IMG/VR virus record: IMGVR_UViG_3300015615_001160
Span: 82,526 to 122,543 of that record
DNA: 40,018 nt
Direction: 5' to 3' (one strand)
Origin: a virus
Taxonomy: Duplodnaviria; Heunggongvirae; Uroviricota; Caudoviricetes
Shown here: one piece after another, positions 1-8,651 of the stretch
Position numbering within the stretch: the stretch's first letter is position 1
How the letters are laid out: every line of letters starts with the position of its first letter
The notes under the pieces: model-generated
What the model saw: only the letters and a program-made list of their open reading frames with translations
Told to the model about the DNA's origin: nothing
Database searches by the model: none
Made by a program: the position numbers and the translations under genes

Positions 1-281
1 CGGAACTCCGCGTGAAAGACGGCATCGTCCTCCAGCACGAGCAGCGCATCGGAGCTGCGCCGCTGCGCCATCCTCACCAGCAGCCGAAACGAAAGACTGT
101 GGGCGCGCTGCGGCAGGCCGGCGAAGCCCTTTGAGTGGCGCAGTCTGCGGGCATCCACGGCACAGAACCAATCAGCCGTTACGCCCGCGTCGGCCATGCG
201 CGCCTGGAGCCAGCAGCGGCGTTCCGTCCTGCGCGGCAGGCTGACGTAAGCGCGGTGCGGAAAGACGGCTCGTAAATCCAT
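1..281 (-). CDS. Glycosyltransferase family 25-like protein (N-terminal part, truncated by window edge; absent from ORF track)
   Basis: Manual translation from ATG 281: MDLRAVFPHRAYVSLPRRTERRCWLQARMADAGVTADWFCAVDARRL...DALLVLEDDAVFHAEFR. Contains the GT25 hallmarks Y-x-x-L-x-R-R-x-x-R-R, F-x-A-V-D and L-E-D-D. Confidence 0.8.
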   Translation of the reverse strand, partial: MDLRAVFPHRAYVSLPRRTERRCWLQARMADAGVTADWFCAVDARRLRHSKGFAGLPQRAHSLSFRLLVRMAQRRSSDALLVLEDDAVFHAEF

Positions 282-296
282 TCCCGGATCGCCGGG

Positions 297-302
297 TGTC
301 AA
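297..302 (-). promoter_or_regulatory. TTGACA motif 15 nt upstream of GT25 ATG
   Basis: TTGACA-cccggcgatccggga-ATG. Confidence 0.6.
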
Positions 303-305
303 ACT

Positions 306-1184
306 TCACGGCTGGATCGCTGCGATCCCAGAGCCGGACGAGCCACTGTCTCGCGGCCCCGCGCAGGGCAGTGACGCCAGCCACGGCCACGCGGCGTTGA
401 AACGCTCGTAGGCGTCGGGAAACTCGCGCGCCAACCTCTGCTCTGCGCGAGCGACCCACTTCTCTTGACGTTTCGCGTTGCCGCTCAGGTGTGAGTATCC
501 GGCACGCGCGACCTGTGGCCGCGTGGGGTGCATCGGCAGCAACGTGCCCACTTCCACTCGAACCCGCTGCGAAAACACGCCGAGCTGATACTGCTCGATG
601 ACCATCGAGATGACGGTGCCGTTGATCGGGCAGCGGTGGAACTTTTGCGCGAGTTCGAGGCCCGCCCACGCGTAGGCGCGCACGAGCGCCACGTCGCGCC
701 CGCCGAGCAGCCCGCCGTTGAACGCGGTCACGCCCTCGGCGAACCCGGCAACCGCTTTCACTACGCGCATATCGTGGGAGGTGTAGAAGTGCGGATTGTC
801 AGGCGACTGCGCGATCAGTCGGCAGCGCGTGAGGCGTTCGGGCAGGCGGCGAAAGAGCAGCACGTCGCCGTCGAACTGCACGAATGGCGCGTCTTGAATC
901 GCACACGCAACGAGCTTGCCGAGCGCCCAGATGTGCGTGAGGCCATCGGCTGGCCAGTCTTCGAGCGGCGTCACGATCTCGGCGAAGGGCCAGGCGAGCC
1001 GGTGCGCGATCTCCGCGCCGAGCCGGTCGGTGACGAACTGCGTCTCCGCGAACGCGCGCGCCGCAAGACAGACGGAAAGGGTCTGAATCAACAGCGGCCC
1101 GCGCTCGACGCGAAACATCGGCGTGCGCGTCCACAGGCTCATCACCCCGCGAGGGGCGGTCTTGGCGCTCGGAAGTTTCGTCAC
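306..1184 (-). CDS. DUF6734-like / GT8-like GT-A fold putative glycosyltransferase
   Basis: GTG 1184 overlaps the upstream TGA and has GGAGG upstream. Motifs WALGKL..C..Q..PFVQFDGDV (DxD), FNGGLLG, EQYQL and HLSGNAK resemble GT8/DUF6734 signatures. Confidence 0.6.
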   Translation of the reverse strand: MTKLPSAKTAPRGVMSLWTRTPMFRVERGPLLIQTLSVCLAARAFAETQFVTDRLGAEIAHRLAWPFAEIVTPLEDWPADGLTHIWALGKLVACAIQDAPFVQFDGDVLLFRRLPERLTRCRLIAQSPDNPHFYTSHDMRVVKAVAGFAEGVTAFNGGLLGGRDVALVRAYAWAGLELAQKFHRCPINGTVISMVIEQYQLGVFSQRVRVEVGTLLPMHPTRPQVARAGYSHLSGNAKRQEKWVARAEQRLAREFPDAYERFNAAWPWLASLPCAGPRDSGSSGSGIAAIQP

Positions 1185-1648
1185 AGCAGGAAACCTCCAA
1201 GCGGCGGCGCGGCCACGATCCGGGAGCCCGGCTGCTGCGAGTTCTCGGGGACGCCGGGCACCGGAATGAAATGCGGGATGCGTTCGACGGGAATGCGGCA
1301 CTCGATTCGCACTCCGCCGTGGATTTGCAGCGCAGTGACCGTAGCTCCGCGTGGCGCGAGTTTGATCGGCAGCCGCCGGCAATTCAGCCAGCGCACGCAG
1401 AGGTGATAGGGATGGTGCCACGGCAGCGAATCGAACGCGTGGAGATGCACCGCGCGCTCGGTCGCATCGGCGAGCACGGAGCCGAATCGCTCGGCATCGA
1501 GCACTGGCATCGTCACAATCACGTCAATGTCCGCGCCGGGAGCCGCGTCGCCACGCGCGAACGAACCGGTGAGGCCCACGGTGCCGAGGCGGTGCTTCGC
1601 CGCGAGTGCCGCGATGTCCGCGCAGAGATCAGGGACTGGAACCTTCAT
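1181..1648 (-). CDS. Pol-beta superfamily minimal nucleotidyltransferase with C-terminal extension
   Basis: GSFARG-x5-DIDV motif. Start re-called at ATG 1648 (MKVPVPDL), overlapping the end of the upstream gene. Confidence 0.7.
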   Translation of the reverse strand: MKVPVPDLCADIAALAAKHRLGTVGLTGSFARGDAAPGADIDVIVTMPVLDAERFGSVLADATERAVHLHAFDSLPWHHPYHLCVRWLNCRRLPIKLAPRGATVTALQIHGGVRIECRIPVERIPHFIPVPGVPENSQQPGSRIVAAPPLGGFLL

Positions 1649-2888
1649 CGGTGGTCTTGTCGAAGGTGCAGGTCGGGTCTTGCGTCTCGTTGTGCTGCGG
1701 CTCACCGAACACCCCGAGTTTGTCCGGCTGAAGGTTGCTCACGCCGCCGTTGTTCACGTCCACCGTGACCGAGCCGGGCGGGTAGAGCGGAATGTCGCCC
1801 TCGGTGTGCGTGCCGTCCGGGCGCGTGTCATTCGTCCAGTGGATGTGCGGCTCGCCCTCGTTCACATCGACGGGCGTCTGCTGCGCCGACTTGCCGCTCC
1901 CGTTCTCAGGGTTCACGGCGTATTGGCCGTTCACGCTGTAGCTCGCGTTGTAGGTGTAGCCGTCCTCAGTATCGCCGCTCGGCCCTTCGTGCTGGCACGA
2001 CTTGTCCTCGGTCATGGTGCCATACCACGTCGCGCCGAAGATGATGCAGTAGGGCGGAAACTTGTAGCTGCCGGTGCCGACGTAGTGAGTGAGCGGCGCG
2101 TTGCCGGGTGCGCCGTAGTCGGCGGAATACGTGATGGTGCCGCCCGGATTGACCGGGACGTTCTTGAACTCGAAGCCGCCGCTGTAGCCGGGATGCGCGG
2201 TGCCGAGTTGGACGCCAGGCGATCCAACGCCGGAAACGCGCAGCGTCCCGACGCCCGCAGGCCCGCCCGCGATGCTGACGTTCACATAAACCGTGCAAGT
2301 CTGCGGCGGCTGGATGAAGCACGCCGGGCCATCGGGATCGACGTCTGCGAACACCTCGACGGTGATCGTCGGCACGTCCGGCTGCGGATTATTCGGCGGC
2401 TTCGGTGGTTTCGGCGGCACCGGAGGCTGTGGGCCACCGCCACCACCGCCACCCGGAGGCCAGCCGCCACCGCCGCCGCCAGTGTTTCCACCGCCGCCGT
2501 TGCCACCTGTGCCACCACCGCCTCCCCCGTCTCCGGGCGGATCGGGAGGAGGATCGACTGGAGGATCACCATCACCGCCATCGCCGCCATCATCGCCCGG
2601 AGGTTCCGGTGGACGCGGAGGATCAGGAGGCTGCGGTGGGTCTGGTGGATCGGGCGGCTGCGGGCCACCGGGCCACGGTTCGTCCGTCCAATCACTCGCT
2701 CGGAATTCGTTCGCGCCGAAATCCCACTGCTGCACGACGCGCCTGTCGTAGGGCTGTTCTTCCCACACGGGTTGGGTGATCAGCCACACGTAGCTCTCGA
2801 AGGTGAGCCACTTGCGCCACGCATCGCGCCGAACGGCGGTGCCGCTGCGCGCAAGTGTGCGCGCCTGAAACCAGTCGAGTCCCGTCAT
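1629..2888 (-). CDS. Pro/Gly-rich putative tail fibre/adhesin-like protein with a small N-terminal domain and beta-rich C-terminal domains
   Basis: 419 aa, at the distal end of the tail operon. Residues 71-170 are PPx and GGx repeats. The C-terminus is rich in T/V/Y/G with several Cys. Confidence 0.5.
   Translation of the reverse strand: MTGLDWFQARTLARSGTAVRRDAWRKWLTFESYVWLITQPVWEEQPYDRRVVQQWDFGANEFRASDWTDEPWPGGPQPPDPPDPPQPPDPPRPPEPPGDDGGDGGDGDPPVDPPPDPPGDGGGGGGTGGNGGGGNTGGGGGGWPPGGGGGGGPQPPVPPKPPKPPNNPQPDVPTITVEVFADVDPDGPACFIQPPQTCTVYVNVSIAGGPAGVGTLRVSGVGSPGVQLGTAHPGYSGGFEFKNVPVNPGGTITYSADYGAPGNAPLTHYVGTGSYKFPPYCIIFGATWYGTMTEDKSCQHEGPSGDTEDGYTYNASYSVNGQYAVNPENGSGKSAQQTPVDVNEGEPHIHWTNDTRPDGTHTEGDIPLYPPGSVTVDVNNGGVSNLQPDKLGVFGEPQHNETQDPTCTFDKTTDEGSSP
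2379..2678 (-). repeat. Low-complexity PPx / poly-Gly coding repeats
   Basis: PQPPDPPDPPQPPDPPRPPEPPG...GGGGGGTGGNGGGGNTGGGGGG...PPVPPKPPKPP. Confidence 0.9.
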
Positions 2889-3646
2889 GGCGTGTCAGGG
2901 ATGAGGTCACGCGCGACTTCGACGAGGAACGTGCGCGTCGTTGTGCGCAGGAACGGCGGGCCGACCTGTGGATTGTAGGGGTTGAGTTCCAGCCACTCGA
3001 ACTCGCCGAGCGCGTTGAAAAGCGTGCCCGCATCCTCCTCGTAATTCGTGAGCGCCGAGTCCAACTCGGGACTGTCGAGCTTCACATGGAGCCGGTAGCC
3101 GGTCTGCTCGCCCTCGCCGACCTTGCGCCAGTCGTGCGCGGTCACGAGCAGGTTTTCGGGTTCGAGTTCCTTGAGTGCGAACTTGAGCGCCGCGAGGTCG
3201 AGGTCGGCGACCACGCCGCCTTTGAGGAAGGTGATGTGAAAGACGAGATCGTCGCCGCGTTTCGTCCAGAACAACGGGCCTTTGTCTTTGCCGCTCGCAT
3301 CGCCGAAGTTCTGCGAGTTGAGCGACACGAGCCGCGTGAGAAGGTCGATGTAGATTTCGAGCACGCCCGATGGGCGCACATTGCCGCTCGGCTCGATGCC
3401 GAAAGTGAAGACGACGGGATCGCTCACGCCGTCGGCGTTGCCCGCACGAAGCGCAACGACGAAGACACCGGGCACTGTGGCCGCGCCGGAAATCTTGCCC
3501 GTGGGAACGTGAAGCGTAAGACCGGGCGGCAGCGGCGACGAGTTCCAGAACGTCGGCGAGTTCGTCGCGTAGGGCTGGAAGGCGAACGTCTGCCACTGGA
3601 GGTAGCCGAGAACGCTCTGCGTGGTGTCGATGACGGGTGCGGCCAT
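2885..3646 (-). CDS. Putative Ig (He_PIG-like) domain + BppU-like baseplate domain protein
   Basis: LPPGLTLHVPTGKISG is the He_PIG signature. KRGDDLVFHITF...LKFALK resembles BppU N-terminal domains. Confidence 0.65.
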   Translation of the reverse strand: MAAPVIDTTQSVLGYLQWQTFAFQPYATNSPTFWNSSPLPPGLTLHVPTGKISGAATVPGVFVVALRAGNADGVSDPVVFTFGIEPSGNVRPSGVLEIYIDLLTRLVSLNSQNFGDASGKDKGPLFWTKRGDDLVFHITFLKGGVVADLDLAALKFALKELEPENLLVTAHDWRKVGEGEQTGYRLHVKLDSPELDSALTNYEEDAGTLFNALGEFEWLELNPYNPQVGPPFLRTTTRTFLVEVARDLIPDTP

Positions 3647-3651
3647 GATGA

Positions 3652-6015
3652 TTACGCGATTGCTGCTTTGGCCTCCGTCATCGCGGCGAAGACGTAGCCC
3701 TTGGCCCCGCGCACGCTGTTCTCGGTGTCAAACTGGACGAGTCGCGCGCGGATGACGAAGCCCGGCCCGGTCGGCGCGTCGGCGTTGCCCGACCATGCGG
3801 TGTAGAGCAGCCGCTCGGCGGTAAGCACGTTGTCGAGCGAGCGTTTGATCGCCGCGCCGAAGTGGTGCTTGAGCTTGAGTGGCGTGACGATGATGCGCTG
3901 CGCGAGCAACGGCGTCGGTCGCCACACAATGTTCTCCAAGTTCTCGCCGACCGGCGCGGGCGTCGTTTGCCCCGGCGCAGCGCCCGTCTCGATGACGATC
4001 AGATGCTGCGTGCGGGTGTTCGCGTTGATGAGTTGCAGTTCGAGATCAAACTCGACCGAGAACCGTTCGCCCGGCTGCCACATCGCCTCGTTGATGTGCA
4101 GCAGGAACAGCTCGCGCTCGAAATCCACCGGGAAGAACGAGTTCGTCTGCGCGGCGCGCGTGAGCCGATACCACACGCGCCCGTCGCTTCCTGCGTAGCC
4201 GAGCGGTTCTAGGTAACCGCCACGGCGACCGAGACCACCGGGCACGAGCAGCGGCGTGTTCGTGGTGTTCTGAAACACGTTGCCGGCGTTCGCAGCGGCG
4301 GAAGGAAGCGGCACCCCGATGGGCACGACCGTTGCGTCGTGGATCGCCGGGAGCAGACCGGGCGGGCGGGGCAGCTTGTCCGCTTTGCCATCGGACACGC
4401 TTTTCGGATCGAACTTGTCGGGCAGACGTGCGCTCGGGAAAAGATCGAGCCAGTCGGGAATCTCGATCTCCTGCGGCTGGCTGCGCTCGCGGTCGCCGAA
4501 GAAGTTCGGTGTCGGCAGCAGATCCTCGATGTTTTCCAATCGAGCGTAGATGCCAGCGAGCGCGTCGAGCAGCCCGAGGATTTGCTGAATGGTGTGCGTG
4601 TGCGCGAGGAACGCGCTGCGCGGGCCTGCGCTCGACAACGTGAGCGCGAGACTGTTGAGCGCTGGCGGCGGGGAATCCGCAGGAAAGTCGAGCACCACCT
4701 CGTTCGCGCTCTGAATCGTCACCGTGTAGTCGGTGCCGAGGACGAGCACTCCTCCGTTGCTCGCGTTCCGGCGCACCGTGAGGTGGAACGCCTCGGTGCC
4801 GAGGTTGTGCGGGAACGAAAATGACCGCTGCAAGCCGTCGCCGAACGCCGCCACATAGTGCTGAACGCCGACGATTATCTGGTCGGGCGTGAACGGGATG
4901 TAGTCGCGCGGCTGCGGCGGGCGCAGCCAGTCGATGTTCTGGACGAGGCCGAGTTCCTCCCAGATTTGCTCGCGCACGATTTTCACCGGCTGCTGGCAGA
5001 ATGTGATGATTCGCCCGGTCACCGCAGGGTCGGCGAGGTCTTCGCCGTCCTCGACGATCTCGGCCTCGATCTCGAAGGGCACCTCGATCTGCGCGACATC
5101 GCGCAGCGCAGCGGCCATCTCTGCGCGTTCCAGCGGCAGCGTGAACGTGAGCACGCCCGGCGCAAACGTGTTCACGTCGACCGTGACGAGTGGCTGCGGC
5201 GCACCCGCGAGATCACCGATGAACTCAATGTAGGCCTGGTCGGCTTCGGGATTGGTGACCTCGAATCGCTTTCCGCCTTTCTCGAACATGGCGTTGAGCG
5301 CTGCGGCGATTTCGTCCGGCCCGTCCTCGATGCCGAGAAGCTTCGAGACGCGATAGTTCCAGCGCAGAAAGTAGGTGCCACGGAAATCCGGCGGCAGATG
5401 CAGTGCCTGGAGTTCGTTGACCGGCGGCTCGGTTTCGCTGCCCGCGCTTCCTTCGCGCACACGGCGCACTGTAGGCGGCAGCGGGAGCACGCGCTCGTGG
5501 CCTTCGTTGAAGGCGAGCGGTGCCTGAATCAGCCGGCATTCAAACCACCAGACACCGAGCTGCTTGAACTGCCGCACGCGCACGAACGAGATCGGGGCGA
5601 GTTTGTTCGTGTGCGCGTAGATTGGGTAGTCCGGCTCGCTGTCGGGGCGCGTCGTCTTTACCACCCACGTTCCGGTGACCGGGCTTTCCACGGTGTCGAT
5701 GATCCCCGATCCCTGCGCCGCCGTTTTGAGCGTATCGGCATCGGCGTCGAAATTGACCTGCGGCGTGTCGTAGTCGCCGATCCAGAGCTTGAACCAGCCG
5801 CCAGTCGGCGCGGCCAGGACTTTGCCGATACTCGCCCGCAAGGTTCGCACCCGCAGATCCCGCTCCCGCAAGTCGCCGCCCTCGATGCGCTCCATTGTCC
5901 GCAAGGTGCAGCGCACCTGATCGCCGAGGACAAACGTGGGCAGCGTCACCGCGCCGCCGTCGCGGGAGATGAGTTTGCGGGCACCGAGATCGGCGTAGAG
6001 GTCGAGATCGCTCAC
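3652..6015 (-). CDS. Large tail tip/baseplate structural protein
   Basis: 787 aa, beta-rich, downstream of tape measure; GTG start preceded by the TTGACA motif. Confidence 0.55.
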   Translation of the reverse strand: MSDLDLYADLGARKLISRDGGAVTLPTFVLGDQVRCTLRTMERIEGGDLRERDLRVRTLRASIGKVLAAPTGGWFKLWIGDYDTPQVNFDADADTLKTAAQGSGIIDTVESPVTGTWVVKTTRPDSEPDYPIYAHTNKLAPISFVRVRQFKQLGVWWFECRLIQAPLAFNEGHERVLPLPPTVRRVREGSAGSETEPPVNELQALHLPPDFRGTYFLRWNYRVSKLLGIEDGPDEIAAALNAMFEKGGKRFEVTNPEADQAYIEFIGDLAGAPQPLVTVDVNTFAPGVLTFTLPLERAEMAAALRDVAQIEVPFEIEAEIVEDGEDLADPAVTGRIITFCQQPVKIVREQIWEELGLVQNIDWLRPPQPRDYIPFTPDQIIVGVQHYVAAFGDGLQRSFSFPHNLGTEAFHLTVRRNASNGGVLVLGTDYTVTIQSANEVVLDFPADSPPPALNSLALTLSSAGPRSAFLAHTHTIQQILGLLDALAGIYARLENIEDLLPTPNFFGDRERSQPQEIEIPDWLDLFPSARLPDKFDPKSVSDGKADKLPRPPGLLPAIHDATVVPIGVPLPSAAANAGNVFQNTTNTPLLVPGGLGRRGGYLEPLGYAGSDGRVWYRLTRAAQTNSFFPVDFERELFLLHINEAMWQPGERFSVEFDLELQLINANTRTQHLIVIETGAAPGQTTPAPVGENLENIVWRPTPLLAQRIIVTPLKLKHHFGAAIKRSLDNVLTAERLLYTAWSGNADAPTGPGFVIRARLVQFDTENSVRGAKGYVFAAMTEAKAAIA

Positions 6016-6028
6016 GCCTCTTCGCCCG

Positions 6029-6034
6029 TGTCAA
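6029..6034 (-). promoter_or_regulatory. TTGACA motif 13 nt upstream of GTG 6015
   Basis: TTGACA-cgggcgaagaggc-GTG. Confidence 0.6.
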
Positions 6035-6059
6035 AGTATCCGCCTCCGCACCGGGGCTG

Positions 6060-6236
6060 TTAGCGGCGCTTTTCTCGTTCTGCCTGCTCGTCGGGCGTTT
6101 CCTTTTCGCGGTGAAAGAAGAACGGATCGAATGATTGCCGCTTGTGTGGAAATGGCGGGTCGAGCGGCGGGTCTTCCTGCTTCTTCGCTTTTTCGGCCTC
6201 GCGCTCCACGCGATTGGATTTCGGATCGAGCGACAT
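6060..6236 (-). CDS. Small 58-aa protein in tail operon (absent from ORF track)
   Basis: MSLDPKSNRVEREAEKAKKQEDPPLDPPFPHKRQSFDPFFFHREKETPDEQAEREKRR*. Starts 2 nt after the upstream TAA and fills the intergenic gap. Confidence 0.6.
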   Translation of the reverse strand: MSLDPKSNRVEREAEKAKKQEDPPLDPPFPHKRQSFDPFFFHREKETPDEQAEREKRR

Positions 6237-6238
6237 GG

Positions 6239-7309
6239 TTACGTGCTCCAGAAAATGCCGCGCGCGTCGGCCTGCCCGAAGAACGCAGCAGCCTCGGCGT
6301 TGCGGTCGTTCACGAAACTCAGGATCGCGTCATTGATGCGGTCGCCAATGCCGCCAGCGAGTCCGGTGTGAAGGCGCAGCGGCTCGTCTGGCTTCGCGGG
6401 AGGGATGAGTCGCGCGGCGTGTTGCAGGTTCCAGAAGACGAAATGCTGCGGGTATGGCGTCCACGTTTCGTCCGGCTCGTCATCCGGCCCGGCGTCGGGT
6501 GGCGAAACGATCCACACGGTCGCCATTTTGAGTTCGTCGTATTGCGCGTCGCCCGCGTTGAGCAGCGTCCCATACATGAGCGCGAGGCTCTGCTCCTCGG
6601 GCGGCTGATACTTCGCCACGGCGCGCAGCTTGGCTCGCCCGCCGGTCGCGCGCAGGTAGTCGTTCAGGAACACCGTCGAGATCGATTCGGTCTGCGCGTC
6701 GAGCAGCGGATCGTGAACGTCGATTTGCAGCCGCGTGCCGATGCGCGCTTTCGACAGCACCACATCCATCGCGCGAATTTCCCGCGTCCGCGTTTCATCG
6801 AACTCACCCTCCAACGCACCGGGCTTGGTAACGTCGCCGCCTTTCGCCGCCGGTTTCACGCCCACCTTCTCGAAGAACTTCGGATAGCCTTCAGCGGCGG
6901 ATGCGATGATCTGACCTGAAAGTGAGGCGCTCACGCTGTCGGGCATCAGCGGATTTCGCCAGCCGCCGAGGACAAGGTAGGGCGTGGGTTCATCGGTCAG
7001 CGGAACGTCGTGGTCGGCAGTGCTTCCATCCTCGGGCAGTTTTCCATTCGGCCAGTCCGCAGGCATGGCGATGTGGGCGTCGCGTCCGTTCACGAAGCCG
7101 GGTTTGATGAACGCGCGCCACTCCCCGGTTCCGTCGTCCTTGAACTCCCAGCGTGCGTCGACGTGCCAGGGGTGCCGCCAGCGCGAGCGCGCTTCACCCG
7201 CGACAACGACGCCGCCGGCCCGCGGGCTGAGGGTGCAGCCGACGCCTCGCAGCGGCCACGCGCGCCGCACGAGCGCACCCAGCTTGTTCCATGCGTCGGC
7301 GGCGATCAT
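6239..7309 (-). CDS. Minor tail protein (paralog of 7306..7935)
   Basis: N-terminus IAADAWNKLGALVR...G.G...HPWHV; translationally coupled within the tail operon. Confidence 0.55.
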   Translation of the reverse strand: MIAADAWNKLGALVRRAWPLRGVGCTLSPRAGGVVVAGEARSRWRHPWHVDARWEFKDDGTGEWRAFIKPGFVNGRDAHIAMPADWPNGKLPEDGSTADHDVPLTDEPTPYLVLGGWRNPLMPDSVSASLSGQIIASAAEGYPKFFEKVGVKPAAKGGDVTKPGALEGEFDETRTREIRAMDVVLSKARIGTRLQIDVHDPLLDAQTESISTVFLNDYLRATGGRAKLRAVAKYQPPEEQSLALMYGTLLNAGDAQYDELKMATVWIVSPPDAGPDDEPDETWTPYPQHFVFWNLQHAARLIPPAKPDEPLRLHTGLAGGIGDRINDAILSFVNDRNAEAAAFFGQADARGIFWST

Positions 7310-7935
7310 TGCCAGAAGAAGTGCCGAGTGGCGCTCTTGCGGTCGGCCCCGAGCGCGGCGCGGTGTTGGAGATCGAAGAAGCTGATCTGGAAAAGATCGA
7401 GCCGCCCGTCATCGCGCTCGCGGAGCATCGCCAGCGGATACCGGGCGCGTCGTCCAGGCAGCGCGACCGATCCTGTGGTGCCGCCGTGTCCTTCGCCCGC
7501 TTCGCCATCGTCGGTGTTCGGATCGGCCACTTGAACGACCTCGACCTTCTCGACCGACCAGTCCTTTTCCCGACAGGTCACCTCGGCACAGATGAAGCCG
7601 CGTGCTTCATCGTCGAGCATCGGCTTGCCGAATTTGAGCAGCGGCGGCGCTTCGCCGTCCTTCCCGGCCAGCGGCACGTCTTTGATCTTCGCCTCGACGC
7701 GATTGACCGTGCCGGGTCGCACCATCGCCGCCTCGGTGCCCACGAGCGACACCTGCCACGGGTGCGCGAAGTTTCCGCTGTCGCCGTCGAACGAGATGAT
7801 CGTTCCATCCGGCGTCTCGCGCAGGCGCACACCGTCGCCAGAAATAAGTCGGCACGCGCGAACCGCCGCGGCGAACTGATTCCACAGCGCCGCCGTGATG
7901 GGCTGGCCGCGTTTGACGATCGGCGGCTCCTTCAT
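7306..7935 (-). CDS. Minor tail protein
   Basis: Start re-called at ATG 7935 (MKEPPIVKRGQPITAALWNQFAAAVR), which overlaps the upstream stop as ATGA. Confidence 0.6.
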   Translation of the reverse strand: MKEPPIVKRGQPITAALWNQFAAAVRACRLISGDGVRLRETPDGTIISFDGDSGNFAHPWQVSLVGTEAAMVRPGTVNRVEAKIKDVPLAGKDGEAPPLLKFGKPMLDDEARGFICAEVTCREKDWSVEKVEVVQVADPNTDDGEAGEGHGGTTGSVALPGRRARYPLAMLRERDDGRLDLFQISFFDLQHRAALGADRKSATRHFFWQ

Positions 7936-8648
7936 TCGCCCTCCAGTTGAGCCTGACCATAGACGTCCCGAATCCAGCCGTTCGGCCCGGAGAGCATATA
8001 CTCCTCGGTGACCTCCACGGCGTTGCCCTTGCGGCGGATTTTCGGTGCCATCTTGAGCCAGTTGCGCTTCTTCGCCGCCGCCGGAATGCGGAACTGTTCG
8101 ATGCCGGGCGGCTTGTCGATGATCGTGCCGATGCCCCGCAGGATGCCCGTGGGGATGACGCGCGCCGCGTAGGTTTTGCGAAACACCGCGCCGACCACGA
8201 GCCAGTTCTCGACGCCGAACATCGGGTTCTTCTTCGGCTTTTTTCCGCTGCCGCTGAGTGCCGTCTGCTGACCCGTTTGCTCGGGCAGTGTTTCGGCAAA
8301 CTGCTCCTTGGCCGCATCCCACGAATACCGGGTCTTGAGCGTGTCGAAGAACGGGTGCGTCTGGATCGGGTCTTCAGCCATCGAAGTATCCAGCTCGAAG
8401 GTCACCTGGTCGCTGTCGTCGGGGTTGAACTCCGGTGTCACGCCCTCGTAGTGGAGGGTGACTTTGTAGGTGCCGTCGTCCTCCTGCGAGAATGAGCGCG
8501 AGCGATATGGCAGGCCGACGCCGAGATCGGGCAGCGCGAGTAGCGCCTCGGCGAGCGTGTGAACGAAGATCGGCACTTCGAGCGTGGCCAAGCCCGTCTC
8601 GGAAATGCCGCCCGTGATGCCGGTGGTTGGAAGCGGTGTCGTGCTCAT
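7932..8648 (-). CDS. Minor tail protein immediately downstream of tape measure (distal tail/hub candidate)
   Basis: Position after the tape measure gene; beta-rich, 238 aa. Confidence 0.5.
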   Translation of the reverse strand: MSTTPLPTTGITGGISETGLATLEVPIFVHTLAEALLALPDLGVGLPYRSRSFSQEDDGTYKVTLHYEGVTPEFNPDDSDQVTFELDTSMAEDPIQTHPFFDTLKTRYSWDAAKEQFAETLPEQTGQQTALSGSGKKPKKNPMFGVENWLVVGAVFRKTYAARVIPTGILRGIGTIIDKPPGIEQFRIPAAAKKRNWLKMAPKIRRKGNAVEVTEEYMLSGPNGWIRDVYGQAQLEGE

Positions 8649-8651
8649 CGG

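Noticed and set aside
2379-2678. Collagen-like repeats
   Set aside because: The repeats are PPx and GGx/poly-Gly, not Gly-X-Y.
1629-6015. Diversity-generating retroelement target
   Set aside because: No reverse transcriptase and no TR/VR repeat pair seen in the window.
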